A DNA stretch of 64,000 nucleotides from contig CAVYTA010000005.1 in the NCBI GenBank assembly GCA_963771355.1, positions 96,001 to 160,000 of the forward strand. Direction: 5' to 3'. Shown in pieces: positions 1-8,293 of this stretch (its first letter is position 1; each line of letters opens with the position of its first letter). A program made the translations under genes and the position numbers. The notes below the pieces were generated by a model. The model saw only the letters and a program-made list of their open reading frames with translations, had not been told where the DNA came from and did no database searches. The DNA comes from an uncultured Candidatus Rokubacteria bacterium (lineage in GTDB: Bacteria; Methylomirabilota; Methylomirabilia; Rokubacteriales; CSP1-6).

Positions 1-1041
1 CGACCACCGGCCGTCGATGACCATGGTCTTCGCGTGCAGGAGGGCCGGTGCGTACTCGTAGATCTTCACCCCTGCCTTGCTGGCGCGTGGGAAATGCGTC
101 TGGCTCGACAGGCGTACCAGGCGGTCCAGGAGACCCTGCGTCACGCCCGCGGTGATGATCGACACGTCGACTCCGCGCTGCGCCGCCCGGACGAGAGCGT
201 CCATCATGGCCTCATCCGGTACGAAGTAGGGGTTGGTCAGGTAGATCGACGAGCGCGCCCCATCGATGGCGAGCAGGAAGAGCAGGTAGGCTTCCGCGGC
301 GCCGCTTGCCGGCGAGCTCTTCACCGACTGGATGGCCAGAGCGCCCCGCCGCCGAGACTCGGGGAAGTAGGTGTCGCCGCCGAGCAGGATTCCGGTGGCC
401 TCCCGCCAGTTTTCGGCGAACGCGGACTGCAGGAAGCGCACGATCGGCCCTTCCACCCGTACGTCGGTCTGTCTCCAGTGCTTGGGCTGCCGTCCGTCAC
501 CCGTCCATTGCTCACCCACGCCGGTTCCGCCCGTGAATCCGACCCGGCCGTCGACCACGAGGATGCGGCGGTGGTTCCGGTGATTGATGCGCTTGATGGC
601 CAGCGGATTGAGCGAGTTGTACTTCGCCGCCTGACAGCCCGCGTCTTCGAGCATCGTCCAGTACTGCCGCGGCATGTGACTCGAGCCGACCGCATCGACC
701 AGCACGTTGACGCTCACGCCGGCTCGACACCGCTCGGCCAGTGCTGCCGCCAGCTCCCCGGAAATGTCGCCGTCCTCGTAGATGAAGTTGGCGAAGGTGA
801 TGGTGGACTTCGCGCTCCGGATCGCGGCGAGCATCGCCGGAAAGATCTCGTTACCGTTCAACAGGACCTGGGCGCGATTGCCGGGAACGGGCGTCGAAAG
901 CGTATGGGCTTCGAGCGTCCGGACGAAGGCCGGCTCTCCGACGCGCACGTCGGGGGTGGCGTACTGCGGTCGAGTCAGCGTGCATCCCGCGAGCAGGATG
1001 GTCAGTCCGATGGCGAATACGCTCATGGCTCGTCGACCCAT
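1..1041 (-). CDS. cls: Cardiolipin synthase / phospholipase D family protein, 3' end runs off the window
   Basis: Not in the ORF track. Manual minus-strand translation from ATG 1041 gives MGRRAMSVFAIGLTILLAGC...LLNGNEIFPAMLAAIRSA...NHRRILVVDGRVGFTGG...TNPYFVP...LHAKTMVIDGRWS, with two HKD-type motifs. Confidence 0.9.
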   Translation of the reverse strand, partial: MGRRAMSVFAIGLTILLAGCTLTRPQYATPDVRVGEPAFVRTLEAHTLSTPVPGNRAQVLLNGNEIFPAMLAAIRSAKSTITFANFIYEDGDISGELAAALAERCRAGVSVNVLVDAVGSSHMPRQYWTMLEDAGCQAAKYNSLNPLAIKRINHRNHRRILVVDGRVGFTGGTGVGEQWTGDGRQPKHWRQTDVRVEGPIVRFLQSAFAENWREATGILLGGDTYFPESRRRGALAIQSVKSSPASGAAEAYLLFLLAIDGARSSIYLTNPYFVPDEAMMDALVRAAQRGVDVSIITAGVTQGLLDRLVRLSSQTHFPRASKAGVKIYEYAPALLHAKTMVIDGRWS

Positions 1042-1226
1042 GGCTGCCGACACTGCAGCCGACGTGCCAGCGCGCTCAGACACTCGTAATGTCTGATGTC
1101 CGGTTGGATGGGGGAAAAAGTTTACCGAACACTATCAGGTAGGAATGACGCGATGCAAGCGGAAGAAGTTTCCAGGACGCGGGCGGACGTCACACTGCCG
1201 GCACCGTGCCGCCGTCGATCACGTAT

Positions 1227-2900
1227 TCAGGACCGCAGCACCTGGCCCGCGGCCGCCCCGGTGAGCTTTCCGTCCGCCCAGGTCACCGCGCCGTTGACGA
1301 CCGTGTACTCGACGCCGCGCGACGGCATGACCATCCGCTTGGCGCCGCCGGGCAGGTCGAACCGCCGCTCGCCACGATTGGTCGAGCCGACCCGGCCCGC
1401 GTCGAAGATGGCCAGGTCCGCGGCGAGACCGGGGGCGAGCCGGCCACGGTCGCGGACCCCGAATACCTCGGCCGGATCCGAAGTGAGCCGCCGCACGCCT
1501 TCCTCCAGCGTCAGCGCCTGGCGCTCGCGCACCCACGTGCCCAGCAGGTAGGTCGGGTAGCCTGCGTCGCACAGCATGTCGACATGGGCGCCGCCGTCAC
1601 CCAGCGCCACCAGCACACTCTTGTCGTTCAGGATCTCCGTCATCCGGTCGACCCGCGTGTTGAAGGAGGCCATGGTGAATTCGACCTCGAGGTCGTCCTG
1701 GAGGGTCAGGTCCAGGAAGGTGTCGACGCCGTCCTTGCCCTGCTCGCGGGCGAGATCCGCGATCGAGCGGCCCTCGAGCGCTTTGAGGGCCGGCGACCTG
1801 ACCTCGTGCACGTTGATGCGCGCCCAGTTGCCGAAGGCCATCGGCTGCTTCAGCTCCTCGCGGAACTGGTTGCGGAAGGCGACATCGGCGTAGACCGCCG
1901 CCTGGGCCGGCTTCGACTTGTCGACGAACACCCGGTTCCAGCTCGGGAAGGCGGCGAAGGAGAACGGGTTGCGCATGTTGATGTCGCGGGTCAGGGGCAG
2001 GGGCGAGGTCTGGGGCCGTGCGCCGCGCGCGATCAACGGCGCGGCCTTTCGCAACGTCTCGCGCACCGCCTCCGGGATGTCGTCGCGATCGAAGAGGGCC
2101 AGAAAGGTGACGTGCTGGCCGCTCTCGCGCAGCAGGAAGTCGAGCAGCTCGTACTCCTCGTCGTCCATCACCGCGATCTTGCGGGTCAAGGCGATCTCGA
2201 TGGCGCCCTTGCCGCGCTCCTTCAGCGCGTTCGCGTAGGCCTTGAGCTCGTCGCGGCTGGCGTTGCGGCAGGCGAGCGGGCGACCCTGGAAGCCGACGTG
2301 CTGGTTGAGGATGGTGGTCGAGAAGCCGAAGGCGCCGGCGTCGATTGCCTCGCCGAGCAGCGCCTTGATCTGCGCCGTCTCGTCGGGGGTGGCGGCGCGC
2401 TCTATCGACGCCTCCCCCATCACGTAGTGGCGGAACGGGGTCAGGGGCGCCAGGAAGCCGAGATTGAGCGAGGGTTTCCGCCGTGCCGCGGCCTCGAGGA
2501 ATTCGGGGAAGGTCTCCCAGTCCCAGGTGATGCCCATGTTGAGGACGTCGAACGGAATCGCTTCGACGTTGACCAGGTCCCGCATGGCGACCTCGCGCGC
2601 CTTGGGCTTGCACGGCGCGATGCCGACCCCGCAGTTTCCCATGATGACGCTGGTGACCCCGTGCCACGATGAGGGTGTCACCGCGCCATCCCAGCAGATC
2701 TGGGCATCATAGTGGGTGTGCGGATCGATGAAGCCGGGCGCGACCACGAGATCGCTGGCATCGATGACGGTGGCGGCGCCCTCGGTCACCCGGCCGATCT
2801 CGGCGATCTTGCCGTCCGCCACCGCCACGTCGGCCCGCCGAGCCGCTGCGCCGGTGCCGTCCACCAGCATGCCGTTTCTGATCACCAGATCGTAGGCCAT
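1227..2900 (-). CDS. N-acyl-D-amino-acid deacylase family amidohydrolase
   Basis: C-terminal part of track ORF 1227..5393. Real start is MAYDLVIRNG after a GGAGG RBS. Motifs PGFIDPHTHYD, GNCG, DGGAH, GLAADLAIFD. Confidence 0.88.
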   Translation of the reverse strand: MAYDLVIRNGMLVDGTGAAARRADVAVADGKIAEIGRVTEGAATVIDASDLVVAPGFIDPHTHYDAQICWDGAVTPSSWHGVTSVIMGNCGVGIAPCKPKAREVAMRDLVNVEAIPFDVLNMGITWDWETFPEFLEAAARRKPSLNLGFLAPLTPFRHYVMGEASIERAATPDETAQIKALLGEAIDAGAFGFSTTILNQHVGFQGRPLACRNASRDELKAYANALKERGKGAIEIALTRKIAVMDDEEYELLDFLLRESGQHVTFLALFDRDDIPEAVRETLRKAAPLIARGARPQTSPLPLTRDINMRNPFSFAAFPSWNRVFVDKSKPAQAAVYADVAFRNQFREELKQPMAFGNWARINVHEVRSPALKALEGRSIADLAREQGKDGVDTFLDLTLQDDLEVEFTMASFNTRVDRMTEILNDKSVLVALGDGGAHVDMLCDAGYPTYLLGTWVRERQALTLEEGVRRLTSDPAEVFGVRDRGRLAPGLAADLAIFDAGRVGSTNRGERRFDLPGGAKRMVMPSRGVEYTVVNGAVTWADGKLTGAAAGQVLRS

Positions 2901-3020
2901 GGCTTCCTCCTGTGCATGCGGGCGAGATCGTACCATACGGCCCTCGCCGCCGCTGGCGCCGGCTTGACCGTCTGGTGGCGGCTGGATAGGATCTGCCTCG
3001 CGGAGGGGAGCCCATAGCCC

Positions 3021-4514
3021 ATGGCAGTGCGCGAGAGCGGCCGGCGAGTGGATGGCGAGTTCGCGGTGGTGATCCGCGGCGGGCGTGTGGTCGATCCCGC
3101 TCAGGGAATCGACACGCCGCGGGACGTCGCCATCGAGGACGGCGTGGTGGCCGCCGTCGGCACGAATCTGCGCGGGCGCGCCGTGCTCCCGGCCGAGGGC
3201 TGTGTGGTCGCGCCCGGCTTCATCGACCTGCACAGCCACGCGCAGAGCGTGGGCGGGCACCGGCTCCAGGCCTTCGACGGCGTCACCACCACGCTCGAGC
3301 TCGAGGCGGGCGCGATCCCGGTGGCGGAGGCGTATGCCCGGGCGGCCGCGGAGGGCCGGCCCTTGAACTTCGGCTACTCCGCGTCCTGGGCCGCCGCCCG
3401 GATACAGGTGCTCGCCGGGCACCGCGGCGACGGGCGGGCGACGACCATGCTCTCGCATTTCGCGAACCCCGCCTGGCAGCGGGAAGCCACCGCCGCCGAG
3501 GAAGACCGCATCGTCGGCCTCCTGGAGACCGAGCTGGCGGGAGGCGGCCTCGGCATCGGCGTGCTGGTGGGCTACGCGCCGGGGACGAGCCCCGCCGAAT
3601 ACCTGCGGGTGGCGCGTCTCGCCGCGTCGAGCCGGGTGCCGACCTTCACGCATGTGCGGGATCTCGTCGCCTTCGCGCCCACCACGCGCATGGACGGCGC
3701 CGAGGAGCTGGTGCGCGCCGCCGCCGAGACGGGCGCCCACATGCACTACTGCCACGTGAACAGCACCTCGCTGCGCCACGTCGACCGGGTCCTCGGTCTC
3801 GTCGATCGGGTGCGCCGCGAGGGCGCGACCGTTACCACCGAGGCCTATCCCTACGGCGCCGGGAGCACCGCGATCGGGGCGGCGTTCCTCTCGCCCGAGC
3901 GGCTCCCCGAGCGGGGCCTCCGGCCCACCGACCTCCTCTATGTGCCCACCAACGAGCGAGTGCGCGACGCCGAGCACCTCAATCGCCTGCGCGCCGACGA
4001 TCCGGGCGGGCTCTGCATCGTCCACTTCCTCGACGAGACGAACGCAGGTGACGCGGCGGTGATGCGCGCCGCCCTGAGCCACGCGGACACCATGGTGGCC
4101 AGCGATGCCATGCCCTTGACCTGGCTCGGAGCCCCCGCCGACGAGACGTGGCCGCTGCCGCCGAGCGCGCTCACGCACCCGCGCACGGCAGGAACCTTCG
4201 CCCGCTCCTTCCGGAGGCTGGTCGGCGACGGCGGCCTGAGCGTCGCCGAGTTCGTCCGGCGCGCGAGCCTGCTTCCCGCGGAGGTGCTCAAGGTGGCCAG
4301 CGGCGGCGCCGCGCGCAAGGGCACGCTCGCGGTGGGAGCGGACGCGGACGTCGTGGTGTTCGCGCCGGATGCGTTCCGCGACCAGGCGACCTACGAGGCG
4401 TCCACCCGGCCGTCCGCGGGAGTGCGGCACCTTCTGGTCGGCGGCGCGCCGGTGATTCGCGACGGCGCGCTGCTGCTCGATGCGCGGCCGGGTCGCCCCG
4501 CGCGGAAGGCGTAG
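3021..4514 (+). CDS. Amidohydrolase, D-aminoacylase/D-glutamate deacylase-like
   Basis: IRGGRVVDP, PGFIDLHSH, ASDAM, HPRTAGTF, GADADVVVF. Start may be a few codons downstream. Confidence 0.85.
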   Translation: MAVRESGRRVDGEFAVVIRGGRVVDPAQGIDTPRDVAIEDGVVAAVGTNLRGRAVLPAEGCVVAPGFIDLHSHAQSVGGHRLQAFDGVTTTLELEAGAIPVAEAYARAAAEGRPLNFGYSASWAAARIQVLAGHRGDGRATTMLSHFANPAWQREATAAEEDRIVGLLETELAGGGLGIGVLVGYAPGTSPAEYLRVARLAASSRVPTFTHVRDLVAFAPTTRMDGAEELVRAAAETGAHMHYCHVNSTSLRHVDRVLGLVDRVRREGATVTTEAYPYGAGSTAIGAAFLSPERLPERGLRPTDLLYVPTNERVRDAEHLNRLRADDPGGLCIVHFLDETNAGDAAVMRAALSHADTMVASDAMPLTWLGAPADETWPLPPSALTHPRTAGTFARSFRRLVGDGGLSVAEFVRRASLLPAEVLKVASGGAARKGTLAVGADADVVVFAPDAFRDQATYEASTRPSAGVRHLLVGGAPVIRDGALLLDARPGRPARKA

Positions 4515-4613
4515 CGTCCGGGCGAGTGCTACCCCGCCCGCCGGTATCACCGAAGCTGTTCCGCGTTGACGGGTGCGGTTCTGAACGCTCGATACGACGA
4601 GGGAGGTGCCATC

Positions 4614-5639
4614 GTGCCATTCGGAGGGAATGACTGGCTCGCGTTGACCCGGGAATCGGCGCTGGAGCCGGCGATGCCCATTTGCGATCCCCACCACCAC
4701 TTCTGGGACTTCCGCACCGAGCGCATTCCCTATCAGCGGTATTTGCTCGACGAGCTCGCCGCCGACATCCACAGCGGCCACGACGTGCGCTCCACGGTGT
4801 TCGTCGAGGCGCGGGCGATGTACCGCGCCGGCGGCCCGGAGGAGATGCGTCCGGTGGGGGAGGTCGAATTCGTCCAGGGACTGGCCGCGGCGAGCGCCAG
4901 CGAGCTCTACGGGCCTGGTCGAGCCGCCGCCGCCATCGTCGGTCACGCCAACCTGAACCTGGGGGCGCGCGTGGCTCCGGTGCTCGAGGCATTGCAGGCG
5001 GCGAGCCCCAACCGGTTTCGGGGCATCCGCCATTCCGTGACGTGGGATCCCCACCCGGCGGTGGAGAACACCGCCGCGCACAAGATCGAGGGGCAGCTGG
5101 CGAGCGACGAGTTCCGCGCCGGCGCGCGGGTGCTGGCGCGGATGGGGCTGTCGTTCGACGCGTGGCTCTATTTTCCGCAGCTTCCCGAGCTGGCGGCGTT
5201 CGCCAAGGCCGTTCCGGACCTGCCGATCATCCTGAATCATATCGGCGGTCTCCTGCGGGTCGGCCCCTATGCCAACCGAGACGAGGAGGTGCTCGCCACC
5301 TGGCGCCGCGGGATCGCGGCGGTAGCCGCGTGCCCCAACATCTACGTCAAGCTCGGTGGCGTCGGCATGCCCCGCACCGGGTTTGACTGGCATGCCCGGA
5401 GCAAGCCCATCGGCTCGGAAGAGCTGGCGGGGTCAATGGCTCCCTTCATGACCTACTGCATCGAGCAGTTCGGGCCCACCCGCTGCATGTTCGAAAGCAA
5501 CTTCCCCGTCGACAAGGTCGCGTACTCGTACCACGTGATGTACAACGCCTTCAAGCGATTGACGAAGGGCTACTCCGCTTCCGACCGCGCCGCGATGTTC
5601 CACGACACGGCGGCTCGCGTTTATCGGATCGCCGTCTAA
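4614..5639 (+). CDS. Amidohydrolase_2 family (lactonase-like)
   Basis: DPHHHFWD, ILNHIGG, MFESNFPVDK. GTG start after GGGAGG. Confidence 0.87.
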   Translation: MPFGGNDWLALTRESALEPAMPICDPHHHFWDFRTERIPYQRYLLDELAADIHSGHDVRSTVFVEARAMYRAGGPEEMRPVGEVEFVQGLAAASASELYGPGRAAAAIVGHANLNLGARVAPVLEALQAASPNRFRGIRHSVTWDPHPAVENTAAHKIEGQLASDEFRAGARVLARMGLSFDAWLYFPQLPELAAFAKAVPDLPIILNHIGGLLRVGPYANRDEEVLATWRRGIAAVAACPNIYVKLGGVGMPRTGFDWHARSKPIGSEELAGSMAPFMTYCIEQFGPTRCMFESNFPVDKVAYSYHVMYNAFKRLTKGYSASDRAAMFHDTAARVYRIAV

Positions 5640-5673
5640 CGATTTGATGCGCGAGCAACTCGAGGAGGCCGCA

Positions 5674-6006
5674 ATGTCAAAATTGTCCGAATGCCTGCTG
5701 ATCGTAACCGCCGAAGTCGACGCGGCGGTCGAGGCGGAGTGGAATCACTGGTACGACGCGGTTCACCTGCCGGACGCGCTGAAGTGTCCGGGGGTGAGAA
5801 GTGGGCGACGGTATGTGTCGTCTGGCGAGATATCAGAGACTACCCGCGGCAAGACCGAACGGACCACGAAACGGATTTACACGACGATCTACGAGCTCGA
5901 CAGCCCGAGTGCCACCGGCACGCCGGAGTTCCAGGCCATGCGGGGCTGGTACCAGTTCGCCCCGCATGTCCGCTCGCGCACACAGACCATCGTCCCGGTG
6001 GGTTGA
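5674..6006 (+). CDS. Small EthD/DUF4286-like dimeric alpha-beta barrel protein
   Basis: EAEWNHWYDAVHLPDALKCPGV and YTTIYELDS patterns. GAGGAGG RBS. Confidence 0.65.
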   Translation: MSKLSECLLIVTAEVDAAVEAEWNHWYDAVHLPDALKCPGVRSGRRYVSSGEISETTRGKTERTTKRIYTTIYELDSPSATGTPEFQAMRGWYQFAPHVRSRTQTIVPVG

Positions 6007-6038
6007 TCGACCCCGGGCAAGGGTCACGACACCGGCGT

Positions 6039-6962
6039 CTACTCAGTCCTCCGCGGCCCCACCGAGAAGGGGCCGACCACGGGCCCGCTCCCGGCCACCG
6101 TGGTCCGTCGCAGAACCCGGCGGTACTGGGTGTAGTCGTAGGGGATGGCGCGATGCATGAGACAGCGGTTGTCCCACATCACCAGATCCCGGGGACGCCA
6201 CCGATGGAAGTAGCAGAAGCGCGGCTCGCTGACATGCTCGCGCAGCCAGTCATGCAGCTGCTGGCCTTCCTCGAGCGTTCCGCCGCCGATCTCGCGCGAC
6301 GTGTTGCAGGTGAAGTAGAGGGAGCGCTGGTTGCCCCGATCGGGGTGCACGCGGATCAGGGGGTGGGTCACCGGCGGGAAGGCGTCGCGCTCGGCCGCGG
6401 TGGTGGGGGGCATCTCGGGCTCCAGCCGCCGGATGCCTTCGTAGCTGTGAACCATGTGGAGGGGCTCGAGACGGCGCTTCATGTCGTCGGGCAACGCGTC
6501 GTAGGCCAGGAGCATGTTCGAGAAGCCGGTCTCGCCGCCCTCGGCGCCCTCCGGCAGCACCTCGATGCCGTAGAGGATGGAGGCCAGCGACGGGACGAAG
6601 CGATACGAGCTGTCCGTGTGCCACCGCGCATTGTTACGCTGGAAGATGACCCGGGGGTCCTCCGCGGGCAGGTGCACGCCCTCGGGCGAGACGTTGGCGA
6701 CGTTGTAGACCTCGACCTTCCCCCGCGTCTTGTCCTTCTCGGGGAACCCCTCGAGGGGACCGAACTGGAGCGAAAAGGCCATGAGCTCGTCGTCGGTGAG
6801 GTGCTGGTCGCGGAAGCACAGCAGATGGTGCTCCTGGAACGCATCGCGAACGCGCGTCACCGTCGCGGCGTCGAGCGGTTGCGCCAGGTCGATTCCCACC
6901 ACCTCGGCGCCCAGCGCGGGCGACAGGCGGTGAATGGTCGCGTCGGTCAACACTCGAGCCAT
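6039..6962 (-). CDS. TauD/TfdA family 2-oxoglutarate-dependent dioxygenase
   Basis: LGAEVVGIDL, WHTDSSY (HxD), GGETGF, HPLIRVHP, WDNRCLMHRA. Confidence 0.92.
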   Translation of the reverse strand: MARVLTDATIHRLSPALGAEVVGIDLAQPLDAATVTRVRDAFQEHHLLCFRDQHLTDDELMAFSLQFGPLEGFPEKDKTRGKVEVYNVANVSPEGVHLPAEDPRVIFQRNNARWHTDSSYRFVPSLASILYGIEVLPEGAEGGETGFSNMLLAYDALPDDMKRRLEPLHMVHSYEGIRRLEPEMPPTTAAERDAFPPVTHPLIRVHPDRGNQRSLYFTCNTSREIGGGTLEEGQQLHDWLREHVSEPRFCYFHRWRPRDLVMWDNRCLMHRAIPYDYTQYRRVLRRTTVAGSGPVVGPFSVGPRRTE

Positions 6963-7103
6963 ATCGTTCCTCCCGTGTCGGTCGTGGTGCCGGCGATTGT
7001 CCCACGATTGCGGTCTCGCGGCCAGACGAGGAGTCGTGGCATCGCGAGTCGGGAGATCGGATAGTCTGTATCCGACCGCTTGCGGAGATCAAGGAGAAAC
7101 GTC

Positions 7104-8276
7104 ATGCCCATGGACTCTGTGAACGAGCCGGATCGTGTCACCGATCCGAGCTCTCCCGTTCGTGACGAGCGGTCCTCTGCGACGGCCGAGCCCCTCGAGG
7201 CCGGGCCGGCCTTGTGCCTCTCCGGCGGGGGATACCGGGCGATGGTGTTCCACGTGGGCGTGCTCTGGCGTCTCAACGAGGCGCGCTACCTGCCGCGCCT
7301 GGCTCGCATCTCCAGTGTCTCGGGCGGGTCGATCACGGCCGGCGTCCTCGCCCTGCACTGGAAGGACCTGGCGTTCGATGCGGGCATCGCCAAGGCGTTC
7401 CAGGAGCAGGTCGTGGGCCCGATTCGGGACCTCGCCGGCCGGACGCTCGACGCCAAGTCGATCCTCGGAGGGCTGCTCCTGCCGGGCAGCATCGGTGAAA
7501 AGGTGGCGGCCGCCTACGACCGGCACCTCTTTCACGGGGCCACGCTTCAGGACCTGCCCGACACGCCGCGCTTCGTCATCAACGCCACCAACGTCCAGTC
7601 CGGCGCCCTGTGGCGATTCTCGAAGCCGTTCATGGCCGACTACCGGGTGGGACGAGTGGACGGACCCACGCTCCCGCTCGCTCTCGCCGTCGCCGCCTCC
7701 TCCGCGTTTCCCCCCGTCCTTTCACCCGTCGAGCTCGAGCTCGAGCCAGGCCAGGTACGCGCGCAGCCGGGCAATGATTTGTGTCGCGCCCCCTACACGA
7801 CCCACGTGGTGCTCACCGACGGCGGTGTCTATGACAACATGGGGCTCGAAACCGTCTGGAAGCGCTATCAGACGGTGCTGGTGAGCGACGCCGGCGGCAA
7901 GACTCAGCCAGAAGACGAGCCCGGGGAGGACTGGGCGCGGCACTCCCTGCGCGTCCTCAACCTGGTCGACAACCAGGTCCGGAGTCTTCGCAAGCGCCAG
8001 GTCATCGCGGCGTTCAAGGATGGAACGCGTCAGGGGGCGTACTGGGGCATTCGCACCGACATTGACGACTATCAGCTTGCCTCCGCATTCCCGGGCCCCT
8101 TCGCGAGGACCCTCGAGCTGGCCAACCTGCCGACGCGGCTCCAGCGCATGGAGCCCGAGATCCAGGAGCGCCTCATCAACTGGGGCTTCGCGGTCTGTGA
8201 TGCCGCGCTCCGCCGCCACGTGGAACCGGGGCTGCCGAAGCCGGATGGCCTGCCGTACCCCGCGCGAGGGATTTGA
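7104..8276 (+). CDS. Patatin-like phospholipase
   Basis: LSGGGYRA oxyanion motif, SSVSGGS nucleophile elbow, AASSAFP, LTDGGVYDN. AAGGAG RBS. No signal peptide. Confidence 0.9.
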   Translation: MPMDSVNEPDRVTDPSSPVRDERSSATAEPLEAGPALCLSGGGYRAMVFHVGVLWRLNEARYLPRLARISSVSGGSITAGVLALHWKDLAFDAGIAKAFQEQVVGPIRDLAGRTLDAKSILGGLLLPGSIGEKVAAAYDRHLFHGATLQDLPDTPRFVINATNVQSGALWRFSKPFMADYRVGRVDGPTLPLALAVAASSAFPPVLSPVELELEPGQVRAQPGNDLCRAPYTTHVVLTDGGVYDNMGLETVWKRYQTVLVSDAGGKTQPEDEPGEDWARHSLRVLNLVDNQVRSLRKRQVIAAFKDGTRQGAYWGIRTDIDDYQLASAFPGPFARTLELANLPTRLQRMEPEIQERLINWGFAVCDAALRRHVEPGLPKPDGLPYPARGI

Positions 8277-8293
8277 CCTGGAGGATGAGACCC

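Noticed and set aside
34..1089. 351-aa plus-strand ORF
   Set aside because: It is antisense to the cls/PLD gene, which has clear motifs.
2901..5393. N-terminal ~830 aa of the 1388-aa track ORF 1227..5393 (-)
   Set aside because: It is the antisense shadow of two real plus-strand amidohydrolases. The real gene starts at 2900.
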